NCBI RefSeq assembly: GCF_040938485.1
Contig: NW_027271504.1
Location: forward strand, 1-64,000
Direction of reading: 5' to 3'
Source of the DNA: Diadema antillarum
Lineage: Eukaryota
DNA length: 64,000 nucleotides
Notes under the pieces: generated by a model
Told to the model about the DNA's origin: nothing
Seen by the model: the letters and a program-made list of their open reading frames with translations, nothing else
Database searches by the model: none
Position numbers and translations under genes: made by a program
Part shown: piece after piece, positions 1-13,206 of the stretch
How positions within the stretch are numbered: position 1 is the first letter of the stretch
Layout of the letters: each line of letters opens with the position of its first letter

Positions 1-3000
1 CCAGAGATAGGGCGCAGTGCTGCACCTTCATGGCCTCACCCATGCGCTCTGGCTTCACCCAGGGACTCCTGTTGGGGTAAAGGTTGCAAGTTTTGTGCAG
101 ACTCAGAATTAAAGGGGGACATAAACCAAGAGAGAAATCAATTGAAAAAGAGAGAGCTATGGAACAACACAACCTACTGCACACAAATTTGAGCAGAAAT
201 GGAACAAGTATGGTCAAAATCATGACAATTGGAAAGTCAGCGGGTCAAATGAAGAGCCATGTAATTGTAAAAACAATGCTCGCGTTGCAATTCTTCTTTT
301 CTTTTTTCTTCATTTTTTTTCTCGGTGAGGCATGAGAAAAATCTGGTGAAGTATATGGGGCATGAGTGTCACACCTATTGTGTGAAACTTGGTAGGTCTA
401 CATAAATTCACAAGAGTTGATGACAATCGGGATTTCATCATGTATGTACATTCAGACTTCGTAGCATACAAACTCATTAGTGTAATTATATCATATGATA
501 TATTTCATTCCATCTGACAACACACACAAGACTGAAGCGAATATAGACAAAGTAACATTAACACAAGGCATCATTGTATCTAACCTTTGAACTGTTTGAT
601 CATGTTGTAGTGATTTTGCAGGGCGCCCTCTACGATGGACTCTGCATCATCCATCTGCCATCTCCATTCCGTGCCTACAGGGTTTGTATGGTGTCTGACA
701 AGAAATATATATGAAAATAAAATATCTGACCAGGTCAAAGAAAAAAACAAATGATGTATAACATATTCTCATGCATCATCAAGACAAAACTAAAATCAAA
801 GCTTCAAAGCACATGATTAGTTCAGGGAAAATTACCACCAAAATAAATTAAACAATGGCTTATCAGAAAGCCTTGCATTTACAAGTATTTGTCAATATGT
901 GAATAGGGGCAAAAAGCAATATCAAACACCTGTGTGGTACTGACAAAGATGTTTGTTTTAGATTTAAACTTTGACAGTACCATCCTTATATTGTGAAATA
1001 ATGGCAAGACACCTAATTCCTAGTCCCACTTATGTATGTCTGGGTTTGGAATTTTTTAGCAAACGGTCTCGTGGCATGTATCAGTAACTTTATAGCTGGT
1101 CAAATGAATTTAAAATGTATGGGAATCAGTGCAGCCAAGATCAATTTCCTGGCAGCTTTTGTGGCCTAAATTTCCTATACACTTGCACTTGAGCTTAGAG
1201 ATTTCAAAGTTCTTCAGAAACTGAAAGCTGATCCTCTAACCTCTTATGGCATTCTCACCACAAGATGGGTCACCTGGATGCTTTGTAATGAGTTTGCAAT
1301 TTATGTATGCACAGCGTAATGTATAACAGAAGTTCATGATTTGGAGTGAGATGTTACATATCCAACTCTCAATCATTTGTATTTAAACTGAAATATGAAC
1401 TAGACTTCATCATTTGTGGTTGTTACAGGGACATTGTTGTTTTGTTTGTTTGTTTTGGGGTGTTTTTTTTGTGTGTGTGCGTGTGTGTCTTCAGCACATG
1501 CCATTTCATCTGGGTGATGATGTCAAACAAAGCCCACCTCCAGCAGAAGACACACTTGTTGGCGCAGGCAAGACTGGCGTGGTCTCCATGCATCGGTGAC
1601 TCTCGATCCCGTAGAAGGTGTGCTTGTAGCAACCACCTCTGCCCCTCAGCATACTCTGTGAAGGCAAAGGGGGGAGGAGGGGAGAGAAATGTCCTCATTG
1701 AGTATTGTGAAGAGGATGTTTCACATTTTTCTGTGCACCACACATTAGGCATTGGACACACCAAAGGAAGTGGGGTAAAAGTCTAGATCACTTACTGACT
1801 TCCAAGGAAGCATAACCTTGACCAAGGTTGGCTTTTAGTGCCATTTGTCATCTTTGAATTTGTACTTTCACTTTAAACTCTACTTTTCCTGTATCTAAAG
1901 CACATAGCACTCTACTACATGTATGATGATTCCAATGGAATGGAATTATAATCTTTTTCACACATGGTATCAGCATTCAAAAACTTTGGATCACAGGTCC
2001 ACTGTACACAAGATTTAAGCTCTTTTCATTTCATCACAGTCAATTTTGTTGCAGATGTGGGCAATGCCATCAGTAAGCAATTCCCAAACAAAGCTGAAAC
2101 AAAACTTTCCCTACAATAACCGACAAACTCTGATAATAATTATAATATTAGAAGTTTCAATCATTTTTTTCCGATATAGTACTCTTCCATTCATTCTCAG
2201 CAAAATTCTTTGCTATATGTCATTCCACTAGTACCCTGGGTAGCCGATTCAAATGACCAAATGGCCTTGCATTTTTTCTGGACAAAAGGCAGTACAGTGG
2301 ATTTGGTTTATGTGGAAGCACACAAACAGGTCTGAAAAGAAAAAAGCAAATTAATCATGAAACATCAAACACAGACAACCACCAATAATGAAACCATGTA
2401 AATACTGCAATATCCCCATGTTGATTGTCACTGCATGCTCACCTTTGTCCATCGGCACAACTTGACTCCTGAATGGGACCCGATTATTCTATAGCCTGAA
2501 AAAGAACATCAAAGACAGTGAGAGAAATGCGACAAAGACATTTGAGGCATTTTCATGCTGAATGCAGAGTAATCAGCATGACAACCAGATATAGGGTGGA
2601 GAAATGCATATTTTGAGTGCCTAAATGCAAGTAATTTATCACTAATGCTAAGAGAGGTCCAATAATGAAGGGGGTATAGGGGAATGGTACATGTATGTCC
2701 ATTTGTCATTTTTACCAATGAGGAGTCATGCATTTATGCACATAAGTCTATAAAAAACATAGACTAAATCTAAGTCACATGTTTGTAAATTCTGGCAAAT
2801 GCCTTCCCTCCCCAGTTACCTTGCTTGGTGAGATTCTTGCGGATGGTGGGAGTCACCATCTCTTTTGGTTCAGAGTTCTTGTGGATTCCATTGACAGTCT
2901 GTAAAGAAAAAAAAAAGGAATTTTATTTCATACATTCACACGAGAATAATACAAAGTGATATTACAGTGCATTAGACGATACTTCTTAAAAAACAAACAC

Positions 3001-6000
3001 ACAAAACAATCTAAAAAATATGACTTGTCTGTTTTCTTTGGAAAGTCGTAACTGATAGTCTTTTACCTCTTCATGTTCCCCTTTGGCTACCAAATGCTCA
3101 TATCCACCTGCCTTGAATATCCATTTGTCCTTTTTTTGAAAGTGTAAAGGATAATCTTCCCTAGCTTTAGGCTTCCTCAAACTTTCCCTTCCAACTCTAC
3201 ATGAGAATTGGTTTTATGTGAAAATACTTAGATTTGATGATGTACTACTTTAAATTAAGCATAATGTACATCTATATTCAAGTTCTAGACTGCCAATCAG
3301 TACATGATAATGCACTGCTTTTGTTGTGACAGACTGGCTAAGCAGTGAAGACAAGCTGGATGATGCCCATTAAAATGATTACAATTCAAGCATCAGTCTT
3401 TGAATATACATGTATTTCCCATTCTAATTACTGTCTATATTTCTTCCTTCACTCATTTCCTTACTTGATTTCATGTACAAGTCTGTGGACTTCGCAATCT
3501 TCTGGCTCTGATTTGACAATTGCGAAAGGAGCATAATACATACTACAGGGACAGTATCATGGGGAGAACACGTCTTGTTCAGGTTGGCCCTACTAAGAAG
3601 TCGTTTAGGTATTCCTATAACACTTTGCTCACATAACAGGCTCTGATTTGGAGAAATATATTGAGCTGTTATGGACTTTTTTTTGGCCAACCTTCTAGAC
3701 AACACAAGGGATTTGTTCCATAATTCACTTCAGTGCAAATTATGCACTGATGGGCAATTCCTTTCTAGTAGGCCCATGTCAGTCATGGCTTTCAAATGTA
3801 CCATGGTGGGTAGTGAATAAAGAGCGATTCAGTCCAAAGAACCACAATATCTGCTGATTGGTTTCCTTTAAAGACTGAAGACAGACCGTACGGAAGAAGA
3901 GTACCTGGGCAGTTTTCATCCTGCTCATGACAGCTCCAAGGTCCTCCACATCGATGACGTCGGTCTCGCCATCGTCCTCGAGGTCGCTGTCGAGGCCATC
4001 ATCCTCCCTCTCCAGCTTCTTCCTCTCGCTGGACTGGAAAACCGTACAGCAGATTCGGAATAAAACTGCTTGCTTATTATCGTATCACAGCTGAGACACA
4101 ACCCAAGAGCAAATCTCCATCGTCCCTCCCCCTAGGTTATCCAAACGACGCATTGTTCATGAAATATTCATTTTACATCTGCTGACTGGGAGTGAAATAA
4201 AGGAACAGCTCAGGATATAGCTATTGAGAGGTTTCCAATGCTCTTGAAAGAAGGCTACGTAAGTTGAGAGCTGACACACCTTCCTGTTGGGAACTGAATA
4301 TGTAGCCTACTGCTCTCAAAAGAAACAAACAAAAAAGGTTAACATTTAACAAAATTACAGGAGTTTTAAATTCAATCATGTTTTCACTTGGCAGTTCAGA
4401 AATAAAGTTCACTTAAGAAGCTTAATTATACATTTACATTGTTGTATTATCCTGAACAGAAATTATGAAATAGTGAGTAGCAAATCAGCTTAAGATTTCT
4501 CCTTCAAATACTGCCACTGACCTGGTCTCCAGTTTTGATCTTCTGGTTCGCTGTCTGACACGTCCCGCCTTCATTGCAAGCACAGCCCTTGTCTTCATTG
4601 CCTGTTTTAAGGCTCTCAAAAAGACTTGATTTCCATGCTTCAAAATCTGCTTCCATTCCTGTGAAAAGAAAGACAAGAGTACACAGAAGAATAATTAATT
4701 AGACATAAACTCATTTTCAAGATAATTCAATCATGTATTGCAGCAATGGTTTAGGTTTTAAATTCCACACAATTTTGCATGGCTTAAACAAACTGATCTG
4801 CAGAGACTAACTTAAAGGGTAGCAGAAATTATGAAAAGAAGGCAGAGAAACATTCACACTTTACCATACCACATTCGGCACCTGCACAAGCTTAAACATA
4901 ACACACGCAAGGGTGACTGCAGCTGGTTCAAGAAGTAAAGGGTGAGGGCTCTCTAGTGCTCTCAGCAGGAAGGGTTTTAATATAGAAAAAGCCTTCATGA
5001 CAGAGTAGTAAAAAAAGAAAGATATGCTCACCTTCCCAGTTTAGGAAATCAAAACCCAACTAGAAATGTCGCTAAGGCGACTGGTATGCCTCCGCCATAA
5101 TGCATGATTCTCCTAATAGATCTATAGTACATGTAGACAATTTGTGATTACATTTTCACAAAATTGGCAAAATATCAAAATGACAAGTTTGTCACAAATG
5201 TTTTGAATGTTCACCTTCCTTGACCTAGGTTTAATTGGATGAATAGGAGAGCATGTATTTTGGGATTGAAGGACTTTAACTTGACTTTGACCCTTTCATA
5301 AGTTTATGCATTAAGAAATTTTCAAGGTATGGAGAAAAAGTGCAATTTCTGTATTGAAAAGTTCACTGTTACCAATTTCATCTAGCCTTTGACCCTAAAA
5401 TTCATAGGATAATCACTGTCAAGCACAACATGCATAAATATGTAGCAAGTTTCAAGATAACTTGAGCCACTTCTGAGATATGGAGGAAAAAGTTAGTTCA
5501 GCACTTTCCCTTGATCTTTGACCTTTTGACCTTTGAGGCAAACAAAAACAAAGAAAAAAGAAAGCTTCCAGAGAATCTCTATTAGAATAAACAAGCATAC
5601 ACCAAGTGTAAAAAAAAAAAAAATAATCCTGCTGGCATTGCATAAATATGAGAGGGAAATAGTAAAATTTTGAAGTGTTGCCCTTGACCTTTGACCCCTG
5701 ACCTTTGACCCATGAACCCTAAATTCTCTGGATAATCACTGCCAGTCAGTACATGTATATATACTATGTTCCATGAAGATGCCTTGAACAATTTCCAAGA
5801 TACGGAGAAAAAAGTGAAGTTTCAATATTTTTACTTGACCTTTTGACCTTTGACCTTTGACCTCATGACCCCAAACTTTCACCAGAGAATTTTAATTGGG
5901 TAATACATGTATACACTAAGTTTCAAGAAAATATCTTCAGGCATTGCGTAGATATGGTGGAAATAGTGAAATTTTACGTATTTGACCTTGACCTTTTGAC

Positions 6001-9000
6001 CTTTGACCTTGTGCATGTGCACCAAAAAGTTGGTAGGCACAACTTCACCCCCTAATACACATACATGCCAAGTTTCATTAGGATACCTCAAAAGGTTATT
6101 TAGTTACGCTGTCCACAAAATTCATTACGGACGGAAGGACGGACGGAAGGACGGACGGACAGACGGACAGACGGACGGACGGACAACCCGAAAACATAAT
6201 GCCTCCGGCACCACTTCGTGGCGGAGGCATAAAAAGCAATGTGGATTGAGTGAAAGCAGCAACATTTAGTAGAACACATCAGTGACAGTTTGAGGAAAAT
6301 TGGACAATCGATGCAAAAGTTATTAATGTTTAAAGTTTTGGCGCTGTAATGACTGGAAAAGGAGACTACTAGAGTTCATGATGTCATGTGTGGTCAACAA
6401 TATAAAGAAAATATAAAGAGAATTCCACAAAAATTAATTTTTCATAAAAATTACACATTCCATCAACTTGATTCTGACATATATGTTAAGGGTAGTAATT
6501 ATTCCTCTGCTTTCTGAAAGCGGTTAGTCCAGTGCTCTTTCATTAGGCTAGAAAAGTGAAAGCATGTTGAATTTTTTTTTTCATATTTTCTTTATACTGT
6601 TGTGAACATATGATGTCATAAACTCAAGTAGTCTCCTTATCCAGTGGTTTTAACACCAAAAATTTTGAAATTCATAACTTTTGTATCGATTGTTTGATTC
6701 TCCTCAAACTTTCACTGATGTGTTCTACTAATGTTGCTGCTTTTACTCACTCCACATTTCTCATCGGATTTTGGTTTCCTTCAAAATGGATCCCCCAAGA
6801 GATTTTAGCATCCTGCCTGGCCACTACCTGCCTTGCCACTACCTCATCACTACAGCTATATGCTCACCTCCATGTTTGCTGCTTGCGACATTCTCATCAC
6901 CTTCTCCCCTGGGTAGTAGAGGACTGGCTCCCAAGTCTAGCAACCACTGGGATATATTACGACTGACCTGATGAAAACAAACACAGGTAGATAGATCCGA
7001 TGAATGAACGACAAAATAAAGGCATTTTCATCGCTGCACTTGACGTTACATTATTTCTGTATAATCACTTAACTGGACATCTGTAAATCACCAAAGAAGA
7101 TCATAAAAGACTACGAAAGATTCTTCAGTAAGCAAACAAAAGCATAAACAAAACAAAAATATAACACACAATTTTTTTATTACTGGAGCAACATGCCATT
7201 TTAGTTTGTTTTATCAGTTTTATCATGTTTAATTTTTAAGGCTCTTTTAGACAACAACTGCTCTGTTAACATTTCACAAGACAAATTCACAAATTCACAC
7301 ATTTTCACAAATTCACCAGAGCTCATTTCATTTCTGGACAGATACACCTATACATAATCATGACCAAATGTACCCGTTATGATTCCAGTAGAAAAAAATA
7401 TTCCAACTCACTGTGTTATAGTGGTCCTGGTAGAGTGAGTTTCCGAGTCCAAACACAGCAAACCGATGTCCCCTCAATAGGGTCCTTGGGACGCGGAAAT
7501 CATTGACAGACTCCTGCAGCCACTGGTAGAACCACTTCGCGACATCAGGAGGTTCTCCATTTGTGTAGGTGGACACCACGTAGACAAATGCAATCTGACC
7601 ATCAACCTACATGGTAGAAGGCCAAACAGTGTATGAAAATACCATGCAAAGTGCAAGTGTAAGTAACTTGATTATTCCCCTTATGCTTTTTGTTTGAAGG
7701 ATAATTACCTTTGTCAATTGATGTACCGGGGGTGGTCCTATCAGAACTACGTTCAAAGAGAAAACACTTTCCAAACTGATATTTAGAATTGAATTATCTC
7801 TTCAGCCCTCAACTTTATAAATGAGTTGGCACACAAAGAATATCCAAACCCAAAAAATGTGCACTAAATAAGATAGCTGGCGTGAGACAAAGAAGACTTT
7901 AACTTAAAATATCAATCTACATGTGTGAAAAAAAGGTGCCACTACTATGTTTTTCACAGATTACACATGGGATTTTTTACTTTGGGAGAGTGAAAAACAA
8001 CAACAAACCAACAACAACACTCCCACTTCATTTATTTAACCGAAAACTATATTATTGGCTTGACAGATGTCACCTGCCATACATATGTGTTCATTTCAGG
8101 AAAATTAAGTCTCTGGTTTCATTCTTTTGTTTAGCTCACTTTCATTTCCCCTCAACAGTGCATCTTATTCATTTGAACATTACTGCAAATGTATCTGATC
8201 TGTTATCTGAATGCATGTAAATGCTTAGAAAAAGGTACACACATTTATTTAACAGAACATAAAATAATATTTTGGCAATGGTGTGACACCATGATAATGA
8301 AAAAAAAAATCACATTCTTTCTCTATCATACACCGATTATTCATAGTTCCTCTGTGAATGCTATCTATTATTCTTCCTTTCCGTTCTCAGGATAATTATA
8401 CACCAAAAATCTCTATTGACAAATAAATCTCACTCTGCTAGCAAATAGAATCAACATAAGTCAACATATAGTCAGCAATATATCATATATCATTTGATAT
8501 AATGTATAGGATGTAACGCATAAATTCTAAAGAAAAAGAGATCAGCAACATAAATTTGATCCAACTGCCATGAGCTAGACCCTACACTATGTGAAACAAA
8601 CAAATCTGAAGGAATCACTGGGAACTAACGTTACAGGTATTACACTTGTACAGTGCATTAAATCTTTAACTCAAATGTTTTGATATCTTATCGAGATATC
8701 ACAGTTCTGAATGAAACCTTACTTCCTGCAAGACATGCTTCTCTGGATCAAAATCCTTCAAGTCGACCGTCTCTGTTGCAAACGAACCTTGTGCTTCATC
8801 AGCTAGCTGCACGGCAAATTTCTATTAAGTCATGAAGAAAAGGAAATACTTTATTAGATGAAATTAGTCACAAATTCAGATAATGGTTCGAACTCACTAC
8901 TACATTGTATATACACTCAGTCTGCATCTACAAATCTGCAAAGAAAAAACCTACATGCTTTAATGATGCTATTCTGTTTTTTTAAATCAAAACTTCCTCA

Positions 9001-12000
9001 TATTAATGAGAAATATTCAGAAATGAAAACTGCCATCGAACATTCAAGTCGAGAGCATTTGAACGGTGTGCTGCCATCTATACTACTGTTCAATAAATGT
9101 ACATGTTCCGGGTAATGGCAGCCCCCACAACCCAAAATGACAGCTCCTTTGCACGGCCGCCTCCGCTTCTGGACTACGCCCTCTTGTGGTGTAATCTCTT
9201 TGATTACACCATACATCCCAAGAATATAAATGCCTGCTGAAAAGCACATGCCAGGTAAGCCTATTTTGTGGCTGTTCTAGTTCACGAACTAAGTTCAAAT
9301 GATGGCTTTGATTTAAATCAGTTTTGAGAATTCAGGCCATGCTGTCTAGAACTGTCAGTCTCTTCATCATTGCATTAATTTCACTTCTGCTGTAGAATAG
9401 AAAACTACTGCATGTGAATTAGTGGAATTTCAGCTGGTAAAACTTCAAAAAAAAATGTGTCTTAAAAAGAATTACTCAATGTTGAAATTTCATTATTGAT
9501 TTTTACTAATTACAATTGTACCAATGGGAAGTGGGTTTACCTTTGGAGAACTGTAACTCAGGAGCAACATGTCTATAGGGCATGTAATACCTTCACCTCC
9601 GCAAAAAAGAGAAACACAATGTTGTATGATACTTAGAAAACTGGGCACATCGTCGGTTTATGCCAAAAGGCCCTTAACACATAGACTTTGTACACCGTTA
9701 AGAACCTTTTGGCATAAGGCCAACGACATTTGAAAGATGTTCAAATACCTTGGCAGTTCCAGTCTGGGTGCCATAGAAGACTCTGAGGGTCTTTATTTCA
9801 CATTTCCCAGAAGGCACTTGTGAAGAGGCATCGCCAGCTGATTCTTTCTGTTGGGAGTATATAACAGTTTTTGTATTTCAAAAGTATAGTCAGGTTGCAA
9901 CAGGAACAAAGAGAAGGTACAACATCCTACATATCAAGTATAGAGCATGTACAGTTTGTACCTCACTACTGTAAAAGTGGATATTTCGCCCGAGTAATTT
10001 TTCATGCTCGGCTGGGTAAGATGAATTTCGTATGTTTTTAATTCCACAGAATCAGGACATTAACTACTGGAACGTATGGCATATAGTGATATATGAATAT
10101 TTGTGTGCTTTTATTTTTGCGCTAGCTTCTGGTTGCGCGAAATGTGCTAAAATTTCCACTTTTACAGTACTATATGCCTTGCCGCAATCATAAACATTGA
10201 AATGATTATGACACCATGATAAACAACACCCAAATTACAATAACATTGTTCTTTATAGTGAGTAATACAACAACAGCGATGACAACAACAACACAAACAT
10301 TAATCATGCACACAACTATGATGGTTTGTATCTCATTGTACAAGATGATCGGTAAAGACTTGTGTTTTTAATAAACTATTCAAGACGTAGCATGAGAGTC
10401 ATGTGGATAAAATACTTTTTACATGTAAGAAAATTGTATTGTTTATAAAAGCTATGTGTAGTTGTATTCATCTTAAGTTTGACCAAAATGACCATTTATG
10501 GTGCAGTACATCTAATAAATCTGCATTATTTTTTTTTTTCAGTCATAGCATGAACATTCTGCAACCAGTTGAGTCAATAATAAATTGTGGATTAAGCATG
10601 TTATCTTAAGGCTACTTGAGACCTTGGAGACACGTCCAGTGTCAAAGTTCACAAAAATATTTCAGATTCTGTAAAGTGACAAGACAAAGGCAGAATCACA
10701 GTATTTGCAAACTAATTGATTTGAAACATTGGAAACAATGTGAATCAAAATAAACATCAAGATTCCATTTTGACAATGAATCAAGAAATGTAAAAGACAA
10801 TAAGAAAATATACCTTTATCTGTACATCATTGCGCTTCTGTCTACTAAAAAAAATCAAGCCAATTGCCACAGCAATCACCGAGATGAAAATGACAAACAT
10901 ATCATTCCCCCAGGGTTCAGAGTTTGTATCTACATTGTGGTAGTAGAGAAAGGAAGAAAGAGGAAAAAAGACAGCAAAAAAATTAAAAGCCTCTGTAAAT
11001 GGAAAAACAACAACACCCCAATTATGCAACAAATTCAAACTAAGCACTGTATACCCATCTCATATGTGAGTTAGATTTTCCTTGGCAAAGTCAGCTACAA
11101 CCTAATTTATTTTGATGCCTGGCAATCAATCCATTACTGATAATTCAACATTTTCCTTTTTCAGAGTGATCATAATCATGATACATGTATGTGTAGACTC
11201 TATGTTTGGGTTGATTGTACACTGCGACCAGCCCGGCGCGAAGCTCCTACAGGCAGGGATGATATTGAGGTTTGTCAAAAAAATTAGAAATCAAAATTTT
11301 CAGGTGATTTTGATTACACGAAAAAGCAAAATGTGCATAGAATTCGGGAAAAAAAAAATCTGAAATCAGATTTAAATCCACAGAATATCATGCCTGTAAT
11401 CTGTATAGCTGGACAGTATAAATGTGTACAGCAACGGAGCGCCCCAGGGCCGGGTTAGGTTGATTTTAGAGTTTGGAGTAATTTCAGGCCTATCTGTATT
11501 CAGCAGTTCATACCTTCTTCCACTTAGATAGTCTCTGCAAATTCTAGAACGTGCCAAAAATGACCAATTGGCAATGCTGGACAAACAATGAATATGTCGT
11601 ATGAACTCAGGATCATGATTCATATTATTCACACGAAATATACAGCAATCATTGTCATTCAGTGTTAATTAGCAATCTCGGTGATCTGTGCTTTAATACT
11701 TGCTGGGGTAAACTGAAAATAATTTATACAAAATATAGGCCGTAGAGTAGAAGTTCTACATAAATCATAAAGTTTATCCGAGCCGAGTAATCACAGATCA
11801 CTGAGATTGCTAATCAACAGTAATATTAAATCATGTAAATAGGTCTATCACTAAATCAGCATGATCAGCTTTATCAGTGTTTAAGGTTCTAATGTCATGA
11901 TGTACAGGTGATATTCCTAAATAATAGAGAGAAGTTCAAGATACAAGTCAAAACTCAAGTTTTAACCATCATGGCTATCTATGGGCATTCGTAAGTTATA

Positions 12001-12511
12001 CATAGATCTATGTAAATTTAAACATGATAAAAAGAGACATGGCCCATCGCCATCATGAAAATGCTAAGTAATTATTGGTTACGTACAATACAGACAGGAT
12101 AACTGCGATCGGCCCGAAATCGAAGTCAATAAATAGACCACTAGTACAAGTCAAATAACTGTGACCAGCTAGCTGGTGACCGTGATCCAGTGACGAATGT
12201 GCTGTGCTGTGTATACTAATTTAAAGTAATTAAACGGAGCCTTGCCCTGCCCTGCACAGGGCTGCGTATCGCAAACATCAAACTCTTAGTGCGGGACTGT
12301 ACACAACCTGGAATTCTACGCTATCAGTTAAAAAAAAAATGCTTATTGAACGATAGACTAACAATATTTGGAATAAGATGCGACAGGGGACACCGGTATA
12401 TTAATTACCCACGGATGATTGTGTAGCACTACCCTGCTGGACTTCACTTGTCAAAAGCAGAAGCCCGAAAAGGGCCACGAGAGGAGACGCCGTCAGCGCC
12501 ACATTTTTCAT
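1..12511 (-). CDS. TYW1: S-adenosyl-L-methionine-dependent tRNA 4-demethylwyosine synthase (flavodoxin + radical SAM); 3' part continues beyond the window; two 1-nt frameshifts in this assembly
   Basis: Exons with GT-AG ends and matching phases: 12409-12511 (first exon, less certain), 10814-10929, 9749-9847 (VFYGTQTGTAK), 8723-8821, 7412-7606 (STYTNGEPP..FAVFGLGNSLY), 6868-6967, 4522-4658, 3905-4033, 2820-2898, 2443-2495 (IGSHSGVKLCRWTK), 1538-1655 (SMLRGRGGCYKHTFYGIESHRCMETT/SLACANKCVFCW), 585-694 (HHTNPVGTEWRW), <1-68 (VKPERMGEAMKVQHCALSL). Motifs match vertebrate TYW1 as recalled. Frameshifts at 1576-1577 and 58-60. Confidence 0.95.
5058..6235 (+). mobile_element. Non-autonomous Helentron-type (HINE/DINE-like) element, family A
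   Basis: Subterminal inverted repeat TATGCCTCCGCCA (5085-5097) / TGGCGGAGGCATA (6219-6231); (GGAC)n microsatellite 6128-6184; 3' hairpin; internal TGACCTTTGACC repeats. Confidence 0.75.
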
Positions 12512-13206
12512 GTTGACCAATTTATCACACACACGTTCACACAGCACACACTCACTTGTATGTACACTACGTGGATTGAAGGTGGAACCAAAGGGTGTAG
12601 ACGCGCTAGCTTCTATACTCTTTGCTACAACACTGTGGACTGAGACGGTCTGAACTTAGCCTACTATAAATTAGCAAAGCAAGGATGGAATAAGCCACCC
12701 AAGTTGAAAGTGCTGGTGGTTGATGTGAAGATTCATAATGCCTTATATTTAATATCAAATTATTAATTAATATTTAAGATAGATAAAAATTAATTTTAGT
12801 CATAAAAATATTTTGTTTTTTGATTTTATGGACAACCATGTACTCTGTTAAAAATCGCAGAAATAGATATTTCAATTTAGTAAGCCGGCTTTACCTTACG
12901 CGTGCAGTTTGTATTGGCCAACAGGATCTAGGATCGGTCACACGTGCGAATGGTTTCCACACAGTACGGTTGCATTATACACCGTACAGTTTACTTGTGT
13001 TTGCAAATGCCACGAGCTAGCTTGTCGTATATGTGTATGCGTTTACGTGTGTGTGTACGGTGTGTGTGTTTGTGTGTCGTGAGTACATACATGTGTGTGT
13101 ATCTCAACCGGTGAAGCCCGCGTCCAGGCTACTTGTAATTATATTCTCTATTAAAGCAGTTTCTCAGCTTAAGTTTCGAGGGTGGAGCCCATTTTGCATC
13201 GTGATC
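12512..13206. promoter_or_regulatory. Putative bidirectional promoter region shared by TYW1 and malectin
   Basis: The two predicted ATGs (12511 minus, 13207 plus) are divergent and about 695 bp apart; ATTGG/CCAAT near 12917; locally more CpG than the flanks. Confidence 0.55.

Noticed and set aside
55-57. TGA in TYW1 as selenocysteine
   Set aside because: The conserved sequence continues in a different frame, so readthrough would not restore the protein.
1570-1600. Programmed autoregulatory frameshift in TYW1
   Set aside because: No slippery heptamer or stimulator, and a second independent frameshift exists downstream; assembly error or a null allele is simpler.
2986-3180. 64-aa ORF as an extra TYW1 linker exon
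   Set aside because: No convincing splice sites; the flanking exons join in phase 0 without it.
13033-13206. Upstream extension of the 196-aa malectin ORF
   Set aside because: It starts at a GTG in a (GT)n-rich tract; ATG 13207 gives a normal signal peptide.
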